From positions 9,039-73,038 of the IMG/VR virus record IMGVR_UViG_2209111019_000003: 64,000 bases of DNA; one strand, written 5' to 3'. The notes under the pieces were generated by a model. That model was not told the DNA's origin, did no database searches, and worked only from the letters and a program-made list of their open reading frames with translations. How positions within the stretch are numbered: the stretch's first letter is position 1; the number at the start of each line of letters is the position of its first letter. This document shows positions 37,878 to 46,841 of this stretch, piece after piece. Source of the stretch: a virus (lineage: Duplodnaviria; Caudoviricetes). A program made the position numbers and the translations under genes.

Positions 37878-37915
37878 ACCGCCCCTGTCTGGCCATCGGG
37901 CCGGACAGGGGCGGT
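37878..37915. terminator. bidirectional terminator between late operon and transfer module
   Basis: 17-bp stem (one G-U pair) with ATCG loop between convergent genes. Confidence 0.8.
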
Positions 37916-37932
37916 TCGCTGCGTTGCGGGGG

Positions 37933-38403
37933 TTAGCGCTGGTGGACGTTGGTGGTGGATTTGCCGAACCACCGGTTCTCCTGGTGGACGTGCGTCTCGT
38001 TGTGGATGCGGGGCCGGCGGGCGACGAGGCCCGGCAGGGTGCGGGCGGCGACGACGAAGCAGGCGAGCCACAGCATGGTGCCGGTGCCGACCGCGGCGAA
38101 CTCGCCGACGACCTGGGCGGCTCCCCAGCCGGCCCCCGCCGCGAGGGTTCCCCCTCCGATGCCGGCGCCGAGCATGCGCTGCGCGACGGGGTCCAACAGG
38201 GGCTGGGGGGTGAGGTCGCGGGGCTGGTAGACGGCGGGGGCCTGCGCGTATTGGGCGGGGATGGCCACGGACCGGTTGGGGTCGTAGGGGTCGGGCACGA
38301 ACACGATCGGGCCGGGGCGGTACATCTCGATGGGCTGGTGGATGGGGATGGGCTGGTAGGTGGGCTGCCCGGTCGTGGCGGGCCGCCGGTCGGGCAGCGA
38401 CAT
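37933..38403 (-). CDS. Pro-rich membrane protein, Spd-like
   Basis: AGGAG RBS; Pro-rich N-terminus, two hydrophobic segments; downstream of traB. Confidence 0.6.
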   Translation of the reverse strand: MSLPDRRPATTGQPTYQPIPIHQPIEMYRPGPIVFVPDPYDPNRSVAIPAQYAQAPAVYQPRDLTPQPLLDPVAQRMLGAGIGGGTLAAGAGWGAAQVVGEFAAVGTGTMLWLACFVVAARTLPGLVARRPRIHNETHVHQENRWFGKSTTNVHQR

Positions 38404-38412
38404 GGTGTTCTC

Positions 38413-38985
38413 CTAGATGGTGGCGGGGGTCTTGCTCGTGGCGGTCTTCGCGGTTTCGGGGAGTTGCATGTACCAGGCGCCGCCGATCGTGGCGCCGCCG
38501 TGGATCTTCCGTTCGTGGGCCTTGAGAGCAGCCGACGCGGTCTTCGCGTCGCGATACCTCGGCTTCTCGCCCTTGCCGCACGGGCACTTCCAGCCCATGA
38601 GCCCGGACCGTTTGTCGGGGCCGAAGCGGGCCTGACGGGCGACCACGGCCCGGCTGACCTTCACCTGGGACGGCTTCGCGTCGCACGACTTGGAGCCGGT
38701 GAGGAGTCCCTTCTTGTCGTGGGTGGCGATGGTGCCGGTGCCGTGGCATTTGGCGCATCCGGCGTGGGTGGTGCGGAGGATTGCCGCGTCCTTGCGGGTG
38801 CGGACCGTGGCGCGGTGTCCTTCGGCCTGGCGGGCGATGAACAGGGCCAGCCACACGGCCATCCGCTCAGGGAACGTCCTGCCGTGGGGGCGGACGGCGA
38901 GCCGCTTGCCTGCGGACGGCTTGCGCCGGGCGGGGGTGCGCTTGACGGGCTTCCGGCGGGGCGTCGGCCGCTTCTTGGCTGGCAT
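38413..38985 (-). CDS. basic protein with CxxCxGxG zinc motif
   Basis: CAKCHGTG, CPCG...HERKIH. Confidence 0.65.
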   Translation of the reverse strand: MPAKKRPTPRRKPVKRTPARRKPSAGKRLAVRPHGRTFPERMAVWLALFIARQAEGHRATVRTRKDAAILRTTHAGCAKCHGTGTIATHDKKGLLTGSKSCDAKPSQVKVSRAVVARQARFGPDKRSGLMGWKCPCGKGEKPRYRDAKTASAALKAHERKIHGGATIGGAWYMQLPETAKTATSKTPATI

Positions 38986-39027
38986 GATCGGTGACCTTCC
39001 TCTCTACGTCACATATTCGGATCAATT

Positions 39028-39155
39028 GGGCGTCTCAGGGGCGTCTTGTGGCCGTCTTGAGGGCGTCTCACCTGCGACTTCATGACTGTGGCGAGACGGC
39101 CTCAAGACGGCCCCCGGACGGGGTGAAGACGCCCCCGAGACGGGGGTCAAGACGG
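39028..39155. repeat. clt-like array of putative TraB recognition sequences
   Basis: CGTCT at 39031/39042/39053/39064, then inverted (A/G)GACG at 39094/39105/39116/39127/39138/39150; directly downstream of traB. Confidence 0.75.
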
Positions 39156-41234
39156 GGCAAACAGGGCGGCGGCGGCCTGGTCGACGAACCGCCGCTCCCA
39201 CCCGCGGGCCTGCTTCCCGTCCACGTACTCCTTGCTGGACTTCGCTGCCGGCACCAGCTCCGCGAGCAGGGCCTGCAGGCGGGCGCTGTCCTCCTCGGCC
39301 CCGGCCGCGACGATCACGGCGGTCGGCAGCCAGGCTGCCTGCCGGTCATCGAACAGCCGCAGCAGGACTGCGATCTTCGGGGCGCGCGGGTCGTCCAGTC
39401 GGTCCAGCCGATCGGCGACACTCTCCGCCGCGCGACCGTCCCGGGTGATGACGTGCAGCAGATCAGCCGCGGCCAACGAGTCGTAGTCGAACCACGGCCG
39501 GCCCGCCGCTTTGCGGTCCTTGACGGCCTGCCGGATCTGGTCGCGGTCGAAACGGTTCCAACGCCATTGGATGGGGCGCAGGAACCCGGGGCCCTGGATG
39601 TAGAACTTGCCCGCGTCGTACACCCGCTCGTCGTCCACGGCGGGCCGCAGCCGGTCCGGCCGGTAGCCGGATGCGGACGCGCCCTTCCCGAAAACCAGAA
39701 GGATGTCCTCGCTGCGGGACGCCAGCAGAACGCGGTAGGTGACGGCGCTGGCGATGGCATCACCGAGGGCGTCCTTGGTGGCCTCCTGCGCGGCGAAGAT
39801 CAGGTGGACACCGGTTTCGCGGCCAATCCGCAGCAGCTGGATGGCCAGCTCCTTGGCCTCGTCGGGCAGGAAGATGAACTCGTCGACTATGCCGTAGATC
39901 GTGGGGTCCTCCGGGGAGGGCTCCCACAGGTCGCCCATCTCCTTCCGCGTCTTGATCTTGTTGCGGGCGGAGGCGATGTCCACCAACTGCTGCAGCCGCT
40001 CCGTGCACGCCTTGCCACCCCGGATCGGCGGCAGCGCCATCGCGTCCGCGAACTCGGTCAGACCGTCCTTGACGGGGTCCATCTCGATGGCGATGGCGTC
40101 CCGGCACGCGGTGATGGCCTCAGCGATGCAGCGCAGCGCACCCTTCGTCTTCGCGGCCCCGGATGAGCCGATGACGAGCATCGACATGCCGCGCAGCCGG
40201 AACTCCAGCGGCGCCCCGTCCATGCCCCGCCCGTAGACGGCGACGTCCCGGACGGACAGGGAGTTCGGGGCGTGCACGGTCGGGCGGGGCATGTCGTCGA
40301 ACGGGTCGGAGGTGACCAGGCGCAGCACGACGTGCGCGGCCTTGCCCGGGTCGGGTTCGATGAGAGTGCCGCCCTGCTGAATGTCGAAGTGCGAGTCAAG
40401 CTGTTCGGCGGCAGCGTTGACACGGCCCGGGGTGGAGCCCTTGAGCTGCAGGTCGATCTCCCAGCCCCAGCCGCGGTTCCCAAGGACGGTGATGGAACGA
40501 GTGTCGATGCCCTCGGCTTCCAGCGCCCGCCGCACACAGTCCTGGACCTGCTGCCCGTCCTTGCACCAGGCGAGGGGGAACGGCTCCTCACCGTCGTCAA
40601 TGTCCTCCGCCGCGACGATCTCGGTCGGGCCCAGTTTGGCGTTCAACCGGTACCGCCCGTACAGGGTCAGGGCGGCGCCCGCGGCGATCGCCTCGACGGT
40701 GGGGGCGGTGGCCAGCGCCTCCAGAGTGCCGAAGCCGGCGCCCTGGTCGAGACCCCACCACGCCAGGAGGTCGGCGACCGTGAGGCCGCCGGCGAGCTTG
40801 CCGAGGAAGCCCCACCGCTGGTGCCGTGTCTGGTGGACCTTCGCCCACTTGGGGCCGTCCATGCCGCCGAGACTCTCGATGTGGTCGTGGGCGCGGACGT
40901 ACCGCCAGCCGAGGATCGTGGACGCGGCGAGGCCGTGGCACAGCCACCGGGTGACGGCCCAGCCGCCGCGCCCGGTCGCACCGGCCGCGACGATCGCGGC
41001 AGAGCCGGTCCGGGTGAGGACGGGCCGCCGGTACGGCACGTACTCGATCATGCCGGGGGCGAGGTCGTCCTCGTCGGCCGCCGGCTTGGGAGCGTCCTTG
41101 GTGAGGTCGATCGTCGGCTGCTCGATGACCTCGCCACGGATCGTCTGCGGGGGCTTCGTCGTGTCGTCGAGGGGCTTCATCCACTCGGGCACGTCGAGGT
41201 CGCCGTCGTGGTGTGCATATCCGTTGATAGTCAT
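39147..41234 (-). CDS. traB: TraB-like FtsK/SpoIIIE conjugative DNA translocase
   Basis: N-terminal TM helices, Walker A-like GSSGAAKT, Walker B YGIVDE, GRETGVHLIFAAQ, C-terminal wHTH-sized domain. Confidence 0.85.
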   Translation of the reverse strand: MTINGYAHHDGDLDVPEWMKPLDDTTKPPQTIRGEVIEQPTIDLTKDAPKPAADEDDLAPGMIEYVPYRRPVLTRTGSAAIVAAGATGRGGWAVTRWLCHGLAASTILGWRYVRAHDHIESLGGMDGPKWAKVHQTRHQRWGFLGKLAGGLTVADLLAWWGLDQGAGFGTLEALATAPTVEAIAAGAALTLYGRYRLNAKLGPTEIVAAEDIDDGEEPFPLAWCKDGQQVQDCVRRALEAEGIDTRSITVLGNRGWGWEIDLQLKGSTPGRVNAAAEQLDSHFDIQQGGTLIEPDPGKAAHVVLRLVTSDPFDDMPRPTVHAPNSLSVRDVAVYGRGMDGAPLEFRLRGMSMLVIGSSGAAKTKGALRCIAEAITACRDAIAIEMDPVKDGLTEFADAMALPPIRGGKACTERLQQLVDIASARNKIKTRKEMGDLWEPSPEDPTIYGIVDEFIFLPDEAKELAIQLLRIGRETGVHLIFAAQEATKDALGDAIASAVTYRVLLASRSEDILLVFGKGASASGYRPDRLRPAVDDERVYDAGKFYIQGPGFLRPIQWRWNRFDRDQIRQAVKDRKAAGRPWFDYDSLAAADLLHVITRDGRAAESVADRLDRLDDPRAPKIAVLLRLFDDRQAAWLPTAVIVAAGAEEDSARLQALLAELVPAAKSSKEYVDGKQARGWERRFVDQAAAALFAPS

Positions 41235-41237
41235 GGG

Positions 41238-42632
41238 TCAGGCGTCCTTCTGCGCGGTGTTCTGGCGGGCGGTTTCGGCTGCCGCGACCTTCGCGGCGGG
41301 GTGGTAGGGGGCGGTGTCGCCGGGGGTTCGGCGGGGCGGCGTGCCGCCGTTGAAGCGCCGTCCGTCGGGGGCGTTCGGGTCCCGCTTCTCACGCGGTGAC
41401 ATTTGGGAATCGACCAGTGACTTTCCGTCGTCCGCGACCGCCTCCCGGCGGGCCTGCGCAGCCCGGCTCAGCTCGTCGATTTCGGCCCGCATCCCGACGA
41501 GCTTGTAGCCCGTGACGTAGTACCAGGCGTCACCCCACAGCTGGTCGGAGACGACCGGCAGGCCACGCGCGGAACGCATGCCCTCGGCGACCTTCCAGAC
41601 GTCCTCGTGGCCGCTCTGGCGGTCGGCGTCCTTCCGCTGCTGCTCGGCCTCGGCCGCCTTCCGCTGCGCCTCCCGATCGTCCGCGGCCTTCTTCGCGGAC
41701 TGCTCCCGCTCGGTCTTCGCCGCGTCCTTCGCAGCCTGCTCCGCGGCGGCCTTCCCCTTAGCCGCGCGGGTCTCCCGCCACGACGGAATCCCGTCGGCCT
41801 TCTGCGCAATGCCGTGCTCGTAGGCCATCAGCACGATCGGCCCGCCGAGCGAGGCGATGGCACCGATGAGACCGGCGTTGAACCCGATCCGCGGGTCGTG
41901 GCTGCCGTACATGTTGATCGCGGCGGCGATGAGCGCGCCGAGCATGATGCCGATCCGGTAGGGAGCGACGTCCCGGCGGTGCGCGACGGCCCAGGCAGCA
42001 CCGAACGCCAGCACCAGCGCCAGACCTTCGAGCAGGGCCGGGGCGGCGATCAGGAAGGGCCGCTGCCGGTCCCAGAAGTGCAGGAACTGCACCGGCGCGG
42101 CGATGATCAGCCCGACGGCGTAGATGCCGCGGGCGCCCCACTTCCAGTACCGCTCGGTGCGCTGCTGCTCGGCGGTGCGGTCGGCCTTCTGCTGGGCTTC
42201 GGCCGCAGCGTCTTCTTCGGCCTTCTTCGCGGCTGCCTGTGCGGCCTTCTTCTTCGCCTCGGCCTCGGCGATCTTCGCCTCTTCAACGGCGCGCAGCCGT
42301 GCGGTGCGCAGCGCGGCCTGTTCGTTGGCGATCTCCTTGGCCTTCGCCTCCTGCACGGCGAGGATCTCAGCGGCGCGGGCGGCTGCTTCGGCCTCGACGA
42401 TCTTGGCTTTGGCTTCGGCCTCGCCGATGGCCCGCATGCGGTCGGCTTCGGCGTGCTTGATGGGGTCGTAGGCCGGCTCGGCGGCCACGGTGGGCTCCTC
42501 GATCGGTGCGGCGGGGGTCTCGTTGGTGGCGGCGGCTGGGATGCCGCCGAGGTTTATGGGCTGCCAGCCGTCCCACTTGGGTGCGGCGTGCAGCTTGCCG
42601 TTCGCGGTCCCGTTGAGGGTCTGGCTGGTCAC
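41238..42632 (-). CDS. SpdB2-like membrane spreading protein
   Basis: long Ala/Glu/Lys coiled coil, four TM helices, second coiled coil; directly upstream of traB. Confidence 0.7.
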   Translation of the reverse strand: MTSQTLNGTANGKLHAAPKWDGWQPINLGGIPAAATNETPAAPIEEPTVAAEPAYDPIKHAEADRMRAIGEAEAKAKIVEAEAAARAAEILAVQEAKAKEIANEQAALRTARLRAVEEAKIAEAEAKKKAAQAAAKKAEEDAAAEAQQKADRTAEQQRTERYWKWGARGIYAVGLIIAAPVQFLHFWDRQRPFLIAAPALLEGLALVLAFGAAWAVAHRRDVAPYRIGIMLGALIAAAINMYGSHDPRIGFNAGLIGAIASLGGPIVLMAYEHGIAQKADGIPSWRETRAAKGKAAAEQAAKDAAKTEREQSAKKAADDREAQRKAAEAEQQRKDADRQSGHEDVWKVAEGMRSARGLPVVSDQLWGDAWYYVTGYKLVGMRAEIDELSRAAQARREAVADDGKSLVDSQMSPREKRDPNAPDGRRFNGGTPPRRTPGDTAPYHPAAKVAAAETARQNTAQKDA

Positions 42633-42961
42633 TGCGGGGCTCCTTCAGGCGTCGGGGTGGCGTATGCGTGGGCGTAGTGGGCCCGGGCGCGGGTGAACTC
42701 GTCGGCGAACGCCGCGGTGATGCCGGCGCCGGCGGTCTGGCCGAGCGGGGGCTTTCCGGTGCGGTCGGCGAGGTACAGCTCCAGCCACGACGCGAGGGTC
42801 GCGGCGATGGTGACGATGACGCGGGCTATGCGGAGGACGAGGACGGCCAGGCCGAGGGCCAGGTGCGCGGCGAGCACCGTCCCGGCGATCACGGCGCGGC
42901 GGATGGCGCGGGTGGTGCGCTGCCAGCGCGTCGGCTTGGCGACGACGTAGTACGGGTGCAC
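42629..42961 (-). CDS. small hydrophobic protein, Spd-like
   Basis: AGGAG RBS, long hydrophobic helix, coupled to SpdB2-like gene. Confidence 0.6.
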   Translation of the reverse strand: MHPYYVVAKPTRWQRTTRAIRRAVIAGTVLAAHLALGLAVLVLRIARVIVTIAATLASWLELYLADRTGKPPLGQTAGAGITAAFADEFTRARAHYAHAYATPTPEGAPQ

Positions 42962-43054
42962 GGCGGGCTCCTCTCGGTTCGTGGTGGTCTTGGGTGGCGC
43001 CCCGGGCCCGAGTCGATCGGGCGCCCTCGCGGCAGGTGGCCGGGGCTGGGTGGG

Positions 43055-43243
43055 TCAGCGGTTGCGGTCGACGGCGGCGAGGATCTGGGCGTCGGTGACG
43101 CCTGCGGCTCGGGCGTTCTCGATGGCGGTCTTGTCACGGAGGCTGGTGTGGGGCTTGCTCGTGCCGTCGCTCCCGACGTAGTTGCGGGTCTCGGCTGAGG
43201 CGACGACCGCGGCGAGCGCCTCGGCCTGCTTGCGTCCGAACAT
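43055..43243 (-). CDS. small protein beginning MFGRK (copy 1)
   Basis: AAGGA RBS, 62 aa. Confidence 0.65.
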   Translation of the reverse strand: MFGRKQAEALAAVVASAETRNYVGSDGTSKPHTSLRDKTAIENARAAGVTDAQILAAVDRNR

Positions 43244-43285
43244 GGGGGTCCTTCCGGGCTGGGTGGGTGGTCAGCGGCCGCGCTT

Positions 43286-43462
43286 CTACCGGCGGTGCCA
43301 GGGGACGTTCTTCTCGGTCTCCAGCACGCGGGCGTTGAGCTCCCGGTAGGTGTCGGTCTCCTCGGTGACGCCTGTGGCCTGCTCGCGCTGCTGGTTGGCG
43401 TGCAGGGCGTTCTTGGCGTCCTTGTGGGCGGCGACGGCGTCGTTGTCCTTGCGTCCGAACAT
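43286..43462 (-). CDS. small protein beginning MFGRK (copy 2)
   Basis: AGGAGGAGG RBS, 58 aa. Confidence 0.65.
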   Translation of the reverse strand: MFGRKDNDAVAAHKDAKNALHANQQREQATGVTEETDTYRELNARVLETEKNVPWHRR

Positions 43463-43741
43463 GGGGTCCTCCTCCTGGTCGATGGCGTGGTGCGGGAAGT
43501 AGTGCTGGTCGTGGATCGGGCAGAGCAGGTGCGGGTCGGTGCAGGCGCCGATCGGGTGGGGGTCGGTCACTCGTCGGTCTCTTCGCGGACCGGGGTGGGC
43601 ACGGGGGCGAGGGCGTTGCGCGCGTAGTCGCGGGCGGCCTGGGCGAATTCCTCGTCGGCGGTCATGTCGTGTAGTCGTCGTCGCAGGGCGGGATGGGGTC
43701 GCCGTGGCCCTGGCCGCACCAGTCGCAGGCCGTCGCGGCAC

Positions 43742-44011
43742 TCACCGGACACCGCCCGTCTTGGTCCAGCAGGCGGCGGCGTGGGCTTGGGCGATCTCCC
43801 GGACCGCCGGCAGCCATTCGTTGACCCTGGCCGTCTCCTGTTCGGGCGTGTCGGTGGTGAGCGCGCCGGTGTTCCGTCGCCCCCACCAGTCGCAGCCGAA
43901 GCAGTCCGCGATGAGGTCGCCGGTCTCGGTCAGGTAGGAGACGTTGACGGTTTCGCCGCCTGAGGTGGTCGCCTGGGCGAGGACCCCCGCCGCCACGGCT
44001 ACCGCGCTCAC
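43742..44011 (-). CDS. hypothetical protein
   Basis: CFGC...AQAHAAAC; coupled ORF chain. Confidence 0.55.
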   Translation of the reverse strand: MSAVAVAAGVLAQATTSGGETVNVSYLTETGDLIADCFGCDWWGRRNTGALTTDTPEQETARVNEWLPAVREIAQAHAAACWTKTGGVR

Positions 44012-44175
44012 TGGGCACCGCCCTTGCCGGGCTCGACGTCCAAGACGCGCTCCCCGTAGGCGTCGCAGGCGGCGTTGGCGGCGATGAGCTGCCCGTAGGC
44101 GCGGCGGGCATCGGCACGCTGCTTCGGGGTGAGGGCCGGGTTGGTCATGCGGGCCTGCAGCTCGGTGGCGGTCAT
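44008..44175 (-). CDS. small hypothetical protein
   Basis: MTATELQARMTNPAL; 4-nt overlaps on both sides; not in ORF track. Confidence 0.5.
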   Translation of the reverse strand: MTATELQARMTNPALTPKQRADARRAYGQLIAANAACDAYGERVLDVEPGKGGAQ

Positions 44176-44531
44176 GACTTGACCCCCGCTCCAGCGGCAG
44201 CGGCGTACCAGCCGGTGGCCGTCATGATGTCCTGTACCTCAAGGAAGGTGCGGCCCGCGACCCGCTCCCACGCCTCGAAGTCGGCCCACTGCGAGCCGGC
44301 ACGGTAGGCCACGATCGCGTCCAAGCAGCGTTCGGCTACCCGGCGCACGTCATCGTTTCCACCGATCGCCTGGTGGATCCCGAACGGCAGGGTCGGGTCC
44401 CAGCCGTCGCGTTCCAGTAGCGCCAGGCCGTTGGCCAGGACGTCCATGACCTGGGTCGGAGCGATCGCGGTGCCGGACGGACCGCGCCACATGGCGTCGG
44501 TGGGGGGCGGCGGACTCGGCGGGCGGCTCAT
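44172..44531 (-). CDS. hypothetical protein (DUF6197-like)
   Basis: LLERDGW...AWERVAGRTFLEV pattern. Confidence 0.55.
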   Translation of the reverse strand: MSRPPSPPPPTDAMWRGPSGTAIAPTQVMDVLANGLALLERDGWDPTLPFGIHQAIGGNDDVRRVAERCLDAIVAYRAGSQWADFEAWERVAGRTFLEVQDIMTATGWYAAAAGAGVKS

Positions 44532-44893
44532 TCGGCACCGTCCTGCATGCCGATGTGGCTGAGGCCGGCGTGAGCCCAGCCGATCGACTTGTAGAGGGCC
44601 TGCGCGTCGCCGACAGCCAACTGCAGCCCCTCGTAGACGAGGCCCAGTTCAGTGGCGAGCGCGTCACGGTCGGAGCGCAGGTTCCCGTCGCGGTCGAGCT
44701 TGTCGACGGCCTGCCGGGTCATCGTCAACGCCTGCGGGAGCATCGACGCGAGGTGCGCGAGGTGCCCGACCAGGACGTAGGCGTCACCCGGGGTGGGGAG
44801 CCCGGTGTACAGGGCGTGGTTGATGCTGCGGATACTCTCGGCCGCGGCCTCGGCTGCCACGACAGCCACCGGCGTGTCCGTCCCGGCGCTCAT
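44528..44893 (-). CDS. hypothetical protein
   Basis: ATGA-coupled helical ORF. Confidence 0.6.
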   Translation of the reverse strand: MSAGTDTPVAVVAAEAAAESIRSINHALYTGLPTPGDAYVLVGHLAHLASMLPQALTMTRQAVDKLDRDGNLRSDRDALATELGLVYEGLQLAVGDAQALYKSIGWAHAGLSHIGMQDGAE

Positions 44894-45141
44894 GCGGCGG
44901 CGCTGTCGGCGTAGGCGCGGGCGGCGGCGAGGCCCTCCAGGATCGCGTCCCGGTGGTCACGGACCCGGCGGTACGCCTCGTCCATGATCGGGTCGGAGTC
45001 GCCGGCCTGGGCAACGACCGGGCGGACGTAGGACACGGCAGCGTGCGCGGCCTTGTCGGCCGGTGACTGCGGGTACGACGGGGCGATGCGGGCGAGGTGA
45101 TCGGCGCGGGAGCGCACGCCGGTAGAGTTGGCGATAGCCAT
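44890..45141 (-). CDS. hypothetical protein, first gene of leftward transfer operon
   Basis: AAGGGA RBS. Confidence 0.6.
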   Translation of the reverse strand: MAIANSTGVRSRADHLARIAPSYPQSPADKAAHAAVSYVRPVVAQAGDSDPIMDEAYRRVRDHRDAILEGLAAARAYADSAAA

Positions 45142-45268
45142 CAGGGGTTCCCTTCAAGAAGCCTGGTGGTAGGGCCGGCCCGCGAGGTAGGAGTCGCGGT
45201 GTCCGGCCCGTCTTTTGTTGTGGGGGGCGCCCGCGGACTGGGTCCGGTAGGAGTGGGCTCCCGGCCGA

Positions 45269-45290
45269 TTCTCAAATTGGGATTTGAGAA
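45269..45290. promoter_or_regulatory. palindromic operator in divergent promoter region of transfer operon
   Basis: TTCTCAAAT-TGGG-ATTTGAGAA, perfect AT-rich 9-bp inverted repeat. Confidence 0.65.
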
Positions 45291-45396
45291 CCTGCTGATC
45301 CGAAGGTAGGTGCTCACGTGACGGCTCGTCAAGCTCCGGACGAGTGTTATCAAGCCACATCTTGAGACGGCGCCGGATTCGCCCTACCCTCAACCC

Positions 45397-45639
45397 ATGG
45401 CCAACTCCCTCGACACCGCGCTCGCACCCCTCGCCGACCACATCAGAGCCATCGGCGACCACCGCGAGCGCTACGAAGAGATCGAGGCAGCCGAACAACA
45501 CTTCCTCGCCCTCAAGCGCGCACTCCTGCAGGAGGTCGCCCTCGGACTGCGAGCCCAAGGCAAGAAGTGGAAAGAGATCGGCGACACCCTGGGCGGCGTC
45601 ACTTACCAGCGCGCCTTCCAGATGGGCCGTGGCCAGTGA
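45397..45639 (+). CDS. small HTH regulator (Kor-like)
   Basis: GKKWKEIGDTLGGVTYQRAFQM; divergent from transfer operon. Confidence 0.75.
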   Translation: MANSLDTALAPLADHIRAIGDHRERYEEIEAAEQHFLALKRALLQEVALGLRAQGKKWKEIGDTLGGVTYQRAFQMGRGQ

Positions 45640-45693
45640 ATCGGTCATGCCACCGAGTCAACTGCTGCCGCCCCAGGGACACGATGAGCCCGG

Positions 45694-45753
45694 AGTGCAC
45701 CGCCAGTGCAGTCCCGGTGCAGGCAGTGCAGCCGTAGTGCAGTAGCAGTGCAA
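45694..45753 (+). repeat. six phased GTGCA direct repeats
   Basis: GTGCA at 45695, 45706, 45717, 45726, 45737, 45748. Confidence 0.75.
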
Positions 45754-45785
45754 CTCCCCGCCACCAGGCGCCAAGGGGGCCCAGG

Positions 45786-46421
45786 ATGGACGTCATCAGC
45801 ACGTGGACCGGACGGTCAGCGTGCGCACTCCAGTCGGCCCTCCGCATGACCAACGAGGCATTCGCCGACCGCCTCGGCGTCCACGTCCGCACCGTCGCCA
45901 CATGGCACGCAGACCCCGAGAAGGAACCCCGGGCCGAAATCCAGGCGGCACTCGACACGGCATACGAGAAGGCAGGGGGCGCGGTGCAGCAGCGATTCGC
46001 AGCCCTGTCACGCCCGGCCGTGCCCGCCGCGGAGGTTCAGGCCCTGCGCGTCGCCATCGCCATCGTGGTGCGCGGCGACGACGTCCTCCTCGTCTGCCGG
46101 CGCGGCGACGATGCCCTGTCGTGGCAGTTCCCCGCCGGCATGGTCAAGCCCGGCCGCGCCCCCGAGGGTGTCGCCGTACAGGAGACCCTCGCCGAGACCG
46201 GCGTGCACTGCGCCGTCCGCGCCCACCTTGGCAGTCGCATCCACCCGGCCACTGGCGTCCTCGCCTCGTACCAGCTGTGCGACTACCTGACCGGCGACGC
46301 CGCGAACTTGGACGAGGTCGAGAACATGGCCGTCGCCTGGGTGTCCCGAGCTGATCTGCCGCGTTTCATTCCCGCCGACCGGATCTTTCCGCCAGTGCTC
46401 ACCGCCTTGGAGGCAGCATGA
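45786..46421 (+). CDS. XRE-HTH plus degenerate Nudix fusion protein
   Basis: MTNEAFADRLGVHVRTVATW; degenerate Nudix box AGMVKPG...VQETLAETGV. Confidence 0.85.
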   Translation: MDVISTWTGRSACALQSALRMTNEAFADRLGVHVRTVATWHADPEKEPRAEIQAALDTAYEKAGGAVQQRFAALSRPAVPAAEVQALRVAIAIVVRGDDVLLVCRRGDDALSWQFPAGMVKPGRAPEGVAVQETLAETGVHCAVRAHLGSRIHPATGVLASYQLCDYLTGDAANLDEVENMAVAWVSRADLPRFIPADRIFPPVLTALEAA

Positions 46422-46828
46422 CCACCGCCGACCAGCCCGTCGTCTCCATGGCGATCATCGCCCACGAGGGGGCCGTCCTGATGATCCGCCGGCGCCAGCG
46501 CGAGGGCGAGCTGCTGTGGGCGTTCCCGGGCGGCGCGGTCGAGGCGGGGGAGGCGCCGGAGCAGGCCGCGGTCCGCGAGGTCGCCGAGGAAGTCGGTCTG
46601 ACGGTCGCCGCCGTGCGGGTGCTGGGTGAGCGCGTCCACCCGAAAACCGGCCGGCCCATCAGCTACACCGCCTGCACCGTGGTCGACGGCGAGCCGACCG
46701 TCCTCGACGCGGAAGAGATCGCCGAGGTCGCCTGGGTCAAGCACAGCGAGATCCCCGCGCACGTGCCCTACGGCCTGTACGACCCGGTCCAGGCGTACCT
46801 CGACGAGGTACTCGCCCCCTCCGCCTGA
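46418..46828 (+). CDS. Nudix hydrolase (MutT/Pif-like)
   Basis: canonical box GGAVEAGEAPEQAAVREVAEEVGL. Confidence 0.92.
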   Translation: MTTADQPVVSMAIIAHEGAVLMIRRRQREGELLWAFPGGAVEAGEAPEQAAVREVAEEVGLTVAAVRVLGERVHPKTGRPISYTACTVVDGEPTVLDAEEIAEVAWVKHSEIPAHVPYGLYDPVQAYLDEVLAPSA

Positions 46829-46841
46829 CCCCGCACACGCC

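Noticed and set aside
39028-39155. CRISPR array
   Set aside because: Units are ~11 bp with no spacers, and no cas genes are seen.
39147-41234. FtsK as type VII secretion or packaging ATPase
   Set aside because: Single ATPase domain, no WXG100 neighbours, and a normal terminase exists; the Spd/clt context fits TraB.
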